This document shows, in pieces, positions 1-7,966 of a stretch of DNA of 60,551 bases. This stretch comes from a virus (lineage: Duplodnaviria > Caudoviricetes). The notes under the pieces are model-generated. The model was not told where the DNA came from. It ran no database searches and saw only the letters and a program-made list of their open reading frames with translations. Made by a program: the position numbers and the translations under genes. Positions within the stretch are counted from its first letter, which is position 1, and every line of letters starts with the position of its first letter. Location of the stretch: positions 1 to 60,551 of the IMG/VR virus record IMGVR_UViG_3300036818_000059; one strand, 5' to 3'.

Positions 1-237
1 CCACTCCACGGGCGAGTCCTCGGTGACCGGCTTGTCGGCGTCGAACCCGAAGATCCGGCACATCTGCTGGCCGGTCGGCACGTCGACGCCTTCGTCCCAG
101 CGGAACACGCGCACCACGAAGGGGTCGGCGTTCTCGTCGTACATGCGGACGAACTGGCCGGGACGGATGTGGATGGCCAGACGGTTGCGCCCGTGCTTCT
201 CCAGCAGGCCCAGGCGGCTCACGGTCGTGGTGCTCAT
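1..237 (-). CDS. Hypothetical protein, 5' part (MSTTTVSRLGLLEK...SPVEW), runs off position 1
   Basis: GGAGG RBS and ATG at 237, open high-GC3 frame to base 1; not in the ORF track. Confidence 0.75.
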   Translation of the reverse strand, partial: MSTTTVSRLGLLEKHGRNRLAIHIRPGQFVRMYDENADPFVVRVFRWDEGVDVPTGQQMCRIFGFDADKPVTEDSPVEW

Positions 238-282
238 GTGTCCTCCAAGGACGCAGGGGCGGGCGGGTGGTGGGTCAGCGGT

Positions 283-336
283 TCGGGACTCGTCAGGCCG
301 GTCACAATCCCGGCGACCGCTCACGCGGTTTCGTCC
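283..336 (-). ncRNA. Type II hammerhead ribozyme HHR1, canonical core, predicted cleavage between 315 and 314
   Basis: Minus strand reads GGAC-GAAA-CCGC(GUGA)GCGG-UC^GCCGG(GAUUGUGA)CCGGC-CUGACGA-GUCC-CGA: core CUGANGA, GAAA, GUC and three complete stems. Confidence 0.93.
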
Positions 337-348
337 AGGCGGGTGGGG

Positions 349-576
349 TCAGAGCGCACAGCCCGAGCAGAGCGGGAACACGTCGAACTTGGGGCCGTCC
401 GGCGTCTGGATCAGGAACGGCAGCGCCTCACCGCAGATCTCGCAGTGCCGCTGCACGAAGGCGAAGCCGGTGGCGTGCCGGGTCACAACGCCGAGTTCGA
501 GACCGGACAGGATCATCGGCGCGGGCAGCTCGTCGACCTCGTGGGCCATCAGTGCGGTGGTGGTTGCGGTGGTCAT
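349..576 (-). CDS. 75-aa protein with two CxxC motifs (putative zinc ribbon), flanked by hammerheads
   Basis: AAGGAG RBS; CEIC...CSGC. Confidence 0.8.
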   Translation of the reverse strand: MTTATTTALMAHEVDELPAPMILSGLELGVVTRHATGFAFVQRHCEICGEALPFLIQTPDGPKFDVFPLCSGCAL

Positions 577-593
577 CTCGGGCTCCTTGGCTG

Positions 594-647
594 TCGGTAC
601 TCATCGGCCGGGTCTCGATCCCCGGGACGCCTCGCGGCGTTTCGTCC
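594..647 (-). ncRNA. Type II hammerhead ribozyme HHR2, U4C core variant, predicted cleavage between 626 and 625
   Basis: GGAC-GAAA-CGCC(GCGA)GGCG-UC^CCGGG(GAUCGAGA)CCCGG-CCGAUGA-GUAC-CGA; same length as HHR1 with compensatory stem changes; one G.A mismatch in stem II. Confidence 0.82.
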
Positions 648-653
648 AGTGGT

Positions 654-812
654 TCAGCGGTCGTAGTCGGTGGGTTCGTCGTCGCGCGGGTCGGGCTCGC
701 GGTCCGCGCGGGCGGTGCGCTCGGCGAAGTCGGCGGCACGGATGCGCCGGCGGATCGCGGCCGCCGAGTCGGCGGGGGCGATGGCCTGGCGCCACTCCGC
801 GTTCGCGGACAT
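654..812 (-). CDS. 52-aa hypothetical protein (MSANAEWRQ...)
   Basis: TGATG coupling to the upstream ORF, high GC3. Confidence 0.6.
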   Translation of the reverse strand: MSANAEWRQAIAPADSAAAIRRRIRAADFAERTARADREPDPRDDEPTDYDR

Positions 813-913
813 CAGCGGCAGACGCACTTGTGGGTCAGCAGTCCGCACGACGGACAACGCTCGATCGGCTCGGCGATGTGGGCGGTCATCTTGGCCAGTG
901 TGGTGACGCTCAT
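812..913 (-). CDS. 33-aa Cys-rich peptide (MSVTTLAK...CPSCGLLTHKCVCR)
   Basis: GAGG RBS; first ORF after the predicted promoter. Confidence 0.55.
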   Translation of the reverse strand: MSVTTLAKMTAHIAEPIERCPSCGLLTHKCVCR

Positions 914-938
914 CGAGACTTCCTCTCGTTCTGTCTAT

Positions 939-1030
939 GCCACATAGTGTGGCATAGTGAGTTGGCCACGTCAAGTGGCTTCATTGGTGGGCCATCTTGT
1001 GAGGCAAAGCCGGACGTGACACCATGTGGC
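939..1030. promoter_or_regulatory. Divergent promoter region with four GCCAC-N5-GTGGC-type operators; leftward promoter TTGACG-17-CACACT
   Basis: Sites start at 939, 965, 991, 1016 (first two perfect, last two degenerate); -35 at 974-969. Confidence 0.7.
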
Positions 1031-1031
1031 C

Positions 1032-1220
1032 ATGACGCTGGAGGAGGCCGCGCGCGCATACCGTCGCGCCGAGAAGGTGCTTGAGGAGCGTCGAGCCGAC
1101 CTCGCGGCCGCGATCGTCGAGGCAGCCGCCTCCGGTCGCCCCCAGGTGGAGATCGTCAGGATCAGCGGGTATGCCCGCGAGCACGTGCGCCGCATCGTCC
1201 GCGCAGCCGAGTCCGACTGA
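1032..1220 (+). CDS. Small HTH regulator
   Basis: C-terminal QVEIVRISGYAREHVRRIV helix-turn-helix pattern. Confidence 0.75.
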   Translation: MTLEEAARAYRRAEKVLEERRADLAAAIVEAAASGRPQVEIVRISGYAREHVRRIVRAAESD

Positions 1221-1222
1221 CC

Positions 1223-1630
1223 TCACGCCGCACGCTCCGTCGCCTCAACGACGAGCCACAGCCGCCGCACGCGGAAGAACGAGCCGTGGCGCAGGTGGAG
1301 CACCGGCATCAGTTCGGTAACCCACGCCGCCGTGTCGTCGGGCACGACGCGCGCATCGACAAGGCCATCGACTGCTGGCTTCTGCGTGGCCGTGAGGTTG
1401 CTCGCGTCGCGGCGGATGGAGTCTCCAGGCGCGTAGTGCAGCTGGACCGTGATGTGATCCTGCGGCGGGATGCGGGCCTCCTTCGCTCGCCATGCCACTC
1501 CGGTGCGGATCGTGGCCACGTGACCCGCCTTGATGCGCCAGTGCAGCCGGTCGTTCGCGGACAGCGGCTGGAGCTTGCCCGTGGTTCCCGGCACGACGAG
1601 CGGGACGTCCAGTTCCCAGCGGGCGGTCAC
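1223..1630 (-). CDS. RusA-like Holliday junction resolvase
   Basis: D-x-x-N...K...DGL...DD motif (RRDASNL..KPAVDGLV...VPDD). Confidence 0.75.
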   Translation of the reverse strand: MTARWELDVPLVVPGTTGKLQPLSANDRLHWRIKAGHVATIRTGVAWRAKEARIPPQDHITVQLHYAPGDSIRRDASNLTATQKPAVDGLVDARVVPDDTAAWVTELMPVLHLRHGSFFRVRRLWLVVEATERAA

Positions 1631-1956
1631 TTGGACCACCTCTCGGCCGCCGCCGCGCGCTGCTCCTCGGTCATCTCTGGACTGCGCCACAGGCCGTCCC
1701 GCAGTTCCATGCCGTCGATGCCGGTCGGGTCGATGCAGGCGAAGCCGCGGCGGTGGCGATCGAACAGGCCAGCCGTCGCGAAGGTCCGGTGACAGTTGGG
1801 CGCCGTGCAGTGCGCCCGGCTGCTACCGGTCCATCGGGCGTCACAGCCCGAGCAGGTCGCGGTCTGAGTTCGCCGCTGCGGCTCGCTGGCCGGCTGGACA
1901 TCCGCTGACACCAGGGAGGCGGCGTTCGTGTCCTGGGCGCTCTCCTGGGCGGTCAT
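1627..1956 (-). CDS. FDXHR-type zinc-binding protein
   Basis: CxxC...HC..CHRTF...FDRHR. Confidence 0.7.
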   Translation of the reverse strand: MTAQESAQDTNAASLVSADVQPASEPQRRTQTATCSGCDARWTGSSRAHCTAPNCHRTFATAGLFDRHRRGFACIDPTGIDGMELRDGLWRSPEMTEEQRAAAAERWSK

Positions 1957-2612
1957 GCGGCACCACGAGACCTGCGCCGGTCGTCGCCCTTGAGCGTGAC
2001 GCGCTGGCACATCTCGACCAGCCTTGAGGCGACCCGCTCGCCGATCTCCTCGCGGAGCGACTTCACCGCCACGTTGCTCGTGATGATCGTCGGCAGCCGG
2101 TGCTCGTAGCGGTGGTTGATCAGCCGGTAGTTGACCTCCTCGGTCCACTCCGACGCCTTGGCCGCGCCGAGGTCGTCCAGCAGCAGCAAGCGGGCGCCGG
2201 CGAACCGCTCGAACTCCAGTTCGCTGTCCACCTTGGGCCGCGGCCGTAGGCAGGCGTACACGTCGGCTGCGGTGGTGGCCAGCCACGAGCAGTGCAAGCC
2301 GCTCACCGCGATCGCGCGGATGGCGCCGTAAGCCTGGTGCGTCTTGCCGGTCCCGGTCGGCCCGAGCAGTAGCAGCGACGGACCCTGCGTGACTGCGGGG
2401 ACGAAGCCACGCATCCTCTCCACCGTCTCGTCAGCCAGCGCACGCACCCACCTGGCAACTTCCGGGTTGTCCACGTTGGCATCCGCGTAGCGGGTCGGGA
2501 TGTCCTTCGCGCATCTCGCGGCACCACGCTCGATGGCCTCCGCGAGGTCGTGCCGGTCCAGGCCGCGGTCCGGGTAGGCGGCGGCGAGGTCGATCAGCTT
2601 CGGGTCAGTCAT
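1953..2612 (-). CDS. DnaC/IstB-like AAA+ helicase loader
   Basis: Walker A GPTGTGKT, Walker B LLLLDDLG, PTIITSN, RVASRL. Confidence 0.9.
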   Translation of the reverse strand: MTDPKLIDLAAAYPDRGLDRHDLAEAIERGAARCAKDIPTRYADANVDNPEVARWVRALADETVERMRGFVPAVTQGPSLLLLGPTGTGKTHQAYGAIRAIAVSGLHCSWLATTAADVYACLRPRPKVDSELEFERFAGARLLLLDDLGAAKASEWTEEVNYRLINHRYEHRLPTIITSNVAVKSLREEIGERVASRLVEMCQRVTLKGDDRRRSRGAA

Positions 2613-2614
2613 GG

Positions 2615-3562
2615 CTACAGGTCCTCGTCGTAGGCGTTCGCGTCAGTGGGGTTGCGGTAGGGCTGGTAGTCGCCTGCGGCGCGAGCCTGGACCACGGCGG
2701 ATTCCCAGCAGTCGCCCTTGAGCCAGCGTTCGGCGTCCTTGCGGAACTTCGGGTCTGGCGTCGCGGCGACGTACGGGCCGACAGCTCGGGCGATCAAGGC
2801 TGGATCGGCGCGCTTGATGGCCCTGGCCCACTCGCCTGCCGCTGTCCTCTTGGCGCCCTTGCGGCCGTAGGCGATCCAGAACGCCTCGAAGTCGGGGGTG
2901 TAGGCGGTCCTCGCGCGCTCCGCTGCCGTAGGCAGCGGGTGGCAGTTCAATGGCAGTTCTTCTAATGGCAGTTCAATGGCAGTTCTAGGGCTGCGACCAG
3001 CAGGTGTGACGCAGTCGACTGCGTCACGAACGCCGTCCGACGGCGTCACATGACGCTCTCCCACGGCGTCACTGACGCTCTCCCACGGCGTCACATCTCC
3101 ATTGGTGACGCCGTCCGACGGCGTCACATGACGCTCTCCCACGGCGTCACCGCTGATCTGTGTGACGCCGTGGGAGAGCGTCACCGCGCGGTTCTTGCGG
3201 AGCTTCGCCATCCGCTCCCGCGTCCCCTGACGCTTACGCTCCCGCCGGCCCACAGGGTCCTCGGCAGACTCCCGGCTGCGATCCATGATGAGCGCCCACA
3301 CCTCGCAGCCCGTCCCACCGAAGCGCCCTTCTGACTGGATCAGCCCGGCCGCGGCGAGCCGACCCAGGGCAGCGGAGACGGTCTTGTCGTCCAGCAGCGT
3401 GGCGTCCGCCAGTGTCGGCACCGACGGGCGCGCGCGGCCATCCTTGCCAGCCCACGTGGCCAACGCGAGCAGCACGTGGTGCGCGGTCGAGTCCGGCTTC
3501 CCGTCGGCACGTCGCACGACGGGAGCCGTCCTCGCCCACCGGATGGAGGCGAACGCGGTCAC
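2615..3562 (-). CDS. Replication initiator (N-terminal winged HTH) containing the origin
   Basis: PSVPTLADAT...TVSAALGRL HTH, C-terminal FEAFWIAY motif, internal iterons, precedes the loader. Confidence 0.8.
   Translation of the reverse strand: MTAFASIRWARTAPVVRRADGKPDSTAHHVLLALATWAGKDGRARPSVPTLADATLLDDKTVSAALGRLAAAGLIQSEGRFGGTGCEVWALIMDRSRESAEDPVGRRERKRQGTRERMAKLRKNRAVTLSHGVTQISGDAVGERHVTPSDGVTNGDVTPWESVSDAVGERHVTPSDGVRDAVDCVTPAGRSPRTAIELPLEELPLNCHPLPTAAERARTAYTPDFEAFWIAYGRKGAKRTAAGEWARAIKRADPALIARAVGPYVAATPDPKFRKDAERWLKGDCWESAVVQARAAGDYQPYRNPTDANAYDEDL
2940..3184. repeat. Replication origin: about seven quasi-palindromic 22-23 bp iterons plus AT-richer TGGCAGTTC repeats
   Basis: TGACGCTCTCCCACGGCGTCAC x3 plus one inverted copy, ACGCCGTCCGACGGCGTCAC x2, perfect palindrome 3006-3027; TGGCAGTTC x4 at 2940-2985. 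Confidence 0.75.
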
Positions 3563-3816
3563 GCAGCCGATCCCTTCTGCTGCTTGTGCTGGTTGGGTCG
3601 GAGTCCCAGCCGGTCGCGTATCCGCGCGACGGTGTAGGTGCTCCAGCGGGTGTGGGTGGCGATCTCGACGTCGGTCCAGCCCATGCCGTGCAGCCGGACC
3701 AACAGCCGATCACCGTCGATCGGCAGCAGTGCCTCCGCGGGGATCTCGCCGGCCAGCGCCTCGCAGTAGCGCGTCCAGTGCACCGAGGGCGCCAGCGGTG
3801 GCGGGACGGCTCTCAC
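3559..3816 (-). CDS. Small HTH protein
   Basis: GWTDVEIATHTRWSTYTVARIRDRLGL. Confidence 0.65.
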   Translation of the reverse strand: MRAVPPPLAPSVHWTRYCEALAGEIPAEALLPIDGDRLLVRLHGMGWTDVEIATHTRWSTYTVARIRDRLGLRPNQHKQQKGSAA

Positions 3817-4121
3817 GCGGCACCGTCCGCGAGCATCTCCCCGCCCAGCACCCGCCGGACCTGGTCCAGCACGTCCGGCCCTGCCTCGGCGACCAGCGCC
3901 AGTGCCAATTGCTGTCGGCGCCACAGCTCGGACTGCGACGGCCGGGCCACCCACCCGGCATCCTGCGACGTCAAATGCCAATGACCGCAGTCGGGACACT
4001 GATACGAGTGGTGCTCCATGCGGCGGCCGCCGGGCCGTGGTCGGCTCCAGATGTCCTTGAGTGCCGCGTCGGCCAGTGCCTTGGTAGGCCACGATTCCTT
4101 GCCGTAGGGGCAGGTCTTCAC
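3813..4121 (-). CDS. Zinc-finger hypothetical protein
   Basis: YQCPDCGHWHLTS. Confidence 0.65.
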   Translation of the reverse strand: MKTCPYGKESWPTKALADAALKDIWSRPRPGGRRMEHHSYQCPDCGHWHLTSQDAGWVARPSQSELWRRQQLALALVAEAGPDVLDQVRRVLGGEMLADGAA

Positions 4122-4561
4122 GCCGCCTCACCGACGTCCACATAGCCGCCCTCGTCATCGAGCAGAACCCAGCCGGGAAACCGCCACAACTGGACGCGGC
4201 TCGGGTCGGCCCTCTGTCGCACCAGCCATCCGATCAACTGTGCGCCGTCTCGGTTCGACTCGATGTTCGAGTGGCACTCGCGGCAGAGAAGCACCAGGTT
4301 GCTCGGCCTGTTGGTAGCGGGGTCGCTCGTTCCACCCATTGCGCGCGGTCGACGATGGTGGATGTCCATCGGCCCGTCGTCGCGCCTGCACAGTTCGCAA
4401 CGGTTGCCGGCGCGAGCACGCACGATGTCTCGCACCGAGCGGGTCGGCCCGGTGTCGCGGCGCTTGGCCTTGATCGGCCCACTGGATGGCAGGCGCGAGG
4501 TGCGCTCCAGCGGAGTAGTGGTGTGCAGTGGAGTGCGCCGGTTGAGACGCGAACGCTTCAC
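4118..4561 (-). CDS. HNH endonuclease
   Basis: CELC...HHRRPR.MGG...NLVLLCRECH. Confidence 0.85.
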   Translation of the reverse strand: MKRSRLNRRTPLHTTTPLERTSRLPSSGPIKAKRRDTGPTRSVRDIVRARAGNRCELCRRDDGPMDIHHRRPRAMGGTSDPATNRPSNLVLLCRECHSNIESNRDGAQLIGWLVRQRADPSRVQLWRFPGWVLLDDEGGYVDVGEAA

Positions 4562-4572
4562 GGTGCCCTCCC

Positions 4573-4692
4573 TCAGCAGATGTGGCCGCACTGGGTGCAG
4601 CGCCACACCCAGCTGTCCTTGACGCAATAGCAGCCACCAGGGCACTTCGCGGCGTGGATGCGAGCCGAGACGCGGCGCCACATGCGGCTCAT
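4573..4692 (-). CDS. Small Cys-rich protein
   Basis: Coupled ORF ending WRCTQCGHIC. Confidence 0.45.
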   Translation of the reverse strand: MSRMWRRVSARIHAAKCPGGCYCVKDSWVWRCTQCGHIC

Positions 4693-4841
4693 GGCGTCCC
4701 TCTTCGGTGCCAGATGACGTCGATCTCGTAGGCCTGCTGGTCCCGCTCGGTCCACTCCGGTCCGCGCGTCACGGCGTAGACCAGAGCCCAGAACAGGGCC
4801 CGCCTGAGACTGCGGCGCCGGTTGCCGCCTGGCTTGCTCAT
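4689..4841 (-). CDS. Small hypothetical protein
   Basis: ATGA coupling at both ends. Confidence 0.45.
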   Translation of the reverse strand: MSKPGGNRRRSLRRALFWALVYAVTRGPEWTERDQQAYEIDVIWHRRGTP

Positions 4842-5737
4842 GCCGACGCCACCGCCGGATACTCCGTCCACTCGCGCCCGTCCAGCTCGCGACCGCCAGC
4901 CTTGGGCGTGCGACCGCCAACCTGCTTGAACAGGAATGGGACGCCCGACTTCTGGCACTCGTCACGGATCTCCCGGACCCAGCGAAGGTCAACGGGCCGA
5001 GCGCCGTCTCCTGACTCGCCGCCAGCGATGACCCAGTGGACACCTGGATCTACGGCGAGCAGCGCATGCGTCGGACCGCACGCATGGCCAGGCCAAGTTC
5101 CGCCGCATTGACTGCACCGCGCGGGCCTCAGGTACGGCACTAGGTCCAGCGCGCCCAGTAGCGGTTCGCAAGACAGGAACCGCACCCGTGCTGGAGTGTT
5201 CAGCAGCGCTGGGATGCGGATGTCCGCCCACGACTGGTTCTCGACGCTGACACCCAGCCACACGTTGGGAAGCGGCCAACTGGCGATGTCGCGCGAGGAG
5301 ATCCCGTCTCGGACCTGCACACGGTCGGCGACCATCTCGACGAAGGAAGCCCGCGACAGCAGGTTCCGCATCCTCGCGTGGCGTTTGGTGAGCACCTGGA
5401 ACGTGTGCTGGTTGGCCACGGCCATCACCGCGAACACGTCCGCGATGAACTCGTCGGTCACCTTGTCGTGGAACAGGTCGGACATGGAGTTGACGAACAC
5501 CTTGCGCGGCTTGCGCCAGTGCAGCGGCGCGTCCAGCGACCCCGGGTGCACGGCGACACCGAAGCCCGGCCCGCTGGTGCGCGGGTCGCCGTCCGTCTGG
5601 TACTTCGGCGACCCCATCGCCTTGAGCCGCTTGGCGAGCGTCATGGCATAGCAGTGGTCGCAGCCAGTAGAGACTCGGTCGCAGCCGGTGGTGGGATTCC
5701 AGGTGTCCGTGGCCCACTCAATCGTTGTCTTGCCCAT
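4838..5737 (-). CDS. DUF5131 / phage Gp37-Gp68 family protein (radical-SAM-like)
   Basis: IEW..TWNP..GC..VS.GC.HCYA, FVNSMSDLFH, LTKR, WVIAGGESG. Confidence 0.9.
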   Translation of the reverse strand: MGKTTIEWATDTWNPTTGCDRVSTGCDHCYAMTLAKRLKAMGSPKYQTDGDPRTSGPGFGVAVHPGSLDAPLHWRKPRKVFVNSMSDLFHDKVTDEFIADVFAVMAVANQHTFQVLTKRHARMRNLLSRASFVEMVADRVQVRDGISSRDIASWPLPNVWLGVSVENQSWADIRIPALLNTPARVRFLSCEPLLGALDLVPYLRPARCSQCGGTWPGHACGPTHALLAVDPGVHWVIAGGESGDGARPVDLRWVREIRDECQKSGVPFLFKQVGGRTPKAGGRELDGREWTEYPAVASA

Positions 5738-6162
5738 CAGGCGGTCCTCCGTAGCATCGCGCCACACGTGGTCAGCAGAGCGGCGACGTTGCGCGACCAT
5801 TGCTCGTCGTCCTCAATAGACGCGATGACAGCGCGGTACATCTCCTCGTCGTCGGCCAGGCGAGCGCCGACCAGGCGACCGGCCCATACGACAGCGGGCG
5901 GCGTCGAGTCGGCGTCGGTGACCTCCTCGCTTCCCTCGCGCTGCCACGCGATGCCGACCGGCTTACCTTCGGGGTCGATCCCGCACTGGGAGATCGTCGA
6001 GTCGATCCACGCCAGCATCACCTGCGGGATGACCTCGAAGCCATAGACCTCGCCGAGCCGCTGAATCGCCTGCCCGGCGGGCTCGTAATCCATGTCCCGC
6101 GCCTTAGTCAGCGCGAAGGCCGCCAGCTTCCACCAGCGCGGCAACTCCTGCTTTTCGCTCAT
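5737..6162 (-). CDS. Hypothetical protein
   Basis: Coupled ORF, high GC3. Confidence 0.7.
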   Translation of the reverse strand: MSEKQELPRWWKLAAFALTKARDMDYEPAGQAIQRLGEVYGFEVIPQVMLAWIDSTISQCGIDPEGKPVGIAWQREGSEEVTDADSTPPAVVWAGRLVGARLADDEEMYRAVIASIEDDEQWSRNVAALLTTCGAMLRRTA

Positions 6163-6515
6163 CCGCCCTGTCCTCTCTCGCCCGCATACATGGCCCGGAT
6201 GGACGCGCCCACCGACTGCCACGCGCGCAGTTCCGCTTCAAGCGCGCGGGCCTGTCGCTCTGCGAACTTGAAGGCAATCTCGGTCACGTCGCGCGACTGC
6301 CGCAGTTTGTCCGTCTGAATGGCCGCCGCATACCGCTTCTCGTGTGCCGGTCCCTTGTGGTCCATGTAGGCGTGCGCGAACGCCAGGTCGAGCGCGCGGT
6401 CCGCGTCCCGGAACTTCGCCTCCGCGTTGGTTGTCGCGATCACGCCAGCGTGGATGCGGCGGGCACACTCCTGGATGGACTTCTCGATGTCGACCGGGTT
6501 CAGCACGTCGTTCAC
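6159..6515 (-). CDS. Helical hypothetical protein, possibly a recombination accessory
   Basis: Coupled coiled-coil-like ORF near the annealase. Confidence 0.65.
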   Translation of the reverse strand: MNDVLNPVDIEKSIQECARRIHAGVIATTNAEAKFRDADRALDLAFAHAYMDHKGPAHEKRYAAAIQTDKLRQSRDVTEIAFKFAERQARALEAELRAWQSVGASIRAMYAGERGQGG

Positions 6516-6685
6516 CTGCCACCCCGATCCGCGGAGTCCATCAGCCGCCACCCCTTGCAGTGCGGGCAGGGCATCACCACGGTCACGTCGGAACCCAGGA
6601 AGTGCGCGAGGACTTCGCCGTCCGTGCAGACGTCGCACGCCTCAGTGGTCGAGGCGACGACGGCGGGGAGCAGTGCGACGTTCAC
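6512..6685 (-). CDS. 57-aa CxxC...CxxC protein
   Basis: GTGA overlaps at both ends; CDVC and CPHC. Confidence 0.5.
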   Translation of the reverse strand: MNVALLPAVVASTTEACDVCTDGEVLAHFLGSDVTVVMPCPHCKGWRLMDSADRGGR

Positions 6686-7404
6686 GGGTTCGCCTGCTTC
6701 TGTAGGTACCGCTGGAACTGGTACAGGATGTTCGGGTCGGTCTCCGTCGCGATGTCGCGACCCTTCGGCTCCTCAGGCGTGGAGGACCACTGGGTGTACT
6801 CGTCCGCCAGTTCGGCTGGCGTGCCACCGCGGTTGCGCCAGATCACCATGCACTGGCCACGCAAGCCCTTGATGCGCTCCTCGGGCGTCGGCGGCTTCAC
6901 GGGCTCCTCCTCGTCGTGCTGCGAGTTGTCCGCCACCGGCGACGGCGAGTCCTTGCGCCACAGGTCCAGCGCCACACCGAAGCGCATCGCGGCGTTGCGG
7001 ATCGCGTCGCCGATGATCTCCTTGACCGCGTCGCCGCCCCGCTTGCTACCGGCGTGGCCGTATCCCAGGCGCGGCAGTCCGGACACCGTGAGCCGGATCC
7101 ACATCCCGTTGTTTCCGTCCATCGCGGGCAGCCCGGAATCGGTCAGGCCGAGCGGCTCCCAGTTCCACAGCGGGTCGACTTCCAGGAGCCGGTCCGTCAC
7201 GTCGGCGTGGCCAACGAAGTCGACGTGCATGTGCGACGTCGACACGTAGGCCTTGCACAGCGGGCAAACTGCCTTCTTGTGCTTCTCGCACTTCCGCTCC
7301 TTCGAGGAGCAGTCGCCGCACGTGACCTTCGGTAGCTTCCCGACCTTCTCGGGCGGGAACGGCTCACGCAGCGCCTTGAGTCCGTCGAAGTCGACCTCAG
7401 TCAC
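6682..7404 (-). CDS. Rad52/Rad22 (Sak)-like ssDNA annealing protein
   Basis: LREPF, FVGHADVTDRL, KEIIGDAIRNAAMRFGVALDLW. Confidence 0.8.
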   Translation of the reverse strand: MTEVDFDGLKALREPFPPEKVGKLPKVTCGDCSSKERKCEKHKKAVCPLCKAYVSTSHMHVDFVGHADVTDRLLEVDPLWNWEPLGLTDSGLPAMDGNNGMWIRLTVSGLPRLGYGHAGSKRGGDAVKEIIGDAIRNAAMRFGVALDLWRKDSPSPVADNSQHDEEEPVKPPTPEERIKGLRGQCMVIWRNRGGTPAELADEYTQWSSTPEEPKGRDIATETDPNILYQFQRYLQKQANP

Positions 7405-7966
7405 CGGACGCCTCCAGTTGTGGCAGCACGGTTCCGTCCAGCGCGACACGGCCGGAGCGCACCAGTTCGTAGACGCTGAGCAAGGCATCCTCGGTCGGCT
7501 TACACGCCACATAGCCCTCTGTCTGGCGGACTTCCACGCCAGGAACGTCGACCTCGCCGCCCGGACCGACCGGCTGGCCGATCCGCACGGCCTCGGTCAT
7601 CAGTTCCTTGCGGGCCTCGGTGGTGAGCCGGGTCGTGCGCTTCAGCAGTCGCGGCGCGTGCTGGAACAGGATGTCGATCACCTCGGCATCGGAGCCGACG
7701 ATCTGGTACGAGGACTCGACTCGCGTCGGATACGTCGTGGACATCCAGTCCGTCAGCGCCTTCTCGTCCGTGATCGCCGCGACCGGCTTCGGGTCGGTCA
7801 TGTAGACCGCGCCCAGCTTCGTGCCGTCCAGCGGCGAGCGGACGATCCTGCGATCACCCTGGCCCAGCTCGGCCAGCGCCTCATCGCGCGCCTGCTCGTA
7901 GCGCTCCTTCGTGTGCGCGGACAGCACCTTGAGGACAGCGACGGTGAGCATCACGTCGGCGTTCAC
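7397..7966 (-). CDS. Hypothetical phage protein
   Basis: Coupled ORF upstream of the annealase. Confidence 0.7.
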   Translation of the reverse strand: MNADVMLTVAVLKVLSAHTKERYEQARDEALAELGQGDRRIVRSPLDGTKLGAVYMTDPKPVAAITDEKALTDWMSTTYPTRVESSYQIVGSDAEVIDILFQHAPRLLKRTTRLTTEARKELMTEAVRIGQPVGPGGEVDVPGVEVRQTEGYVACKPTEDALLSVYELVRSGRVALDGTVLPQLEASGD

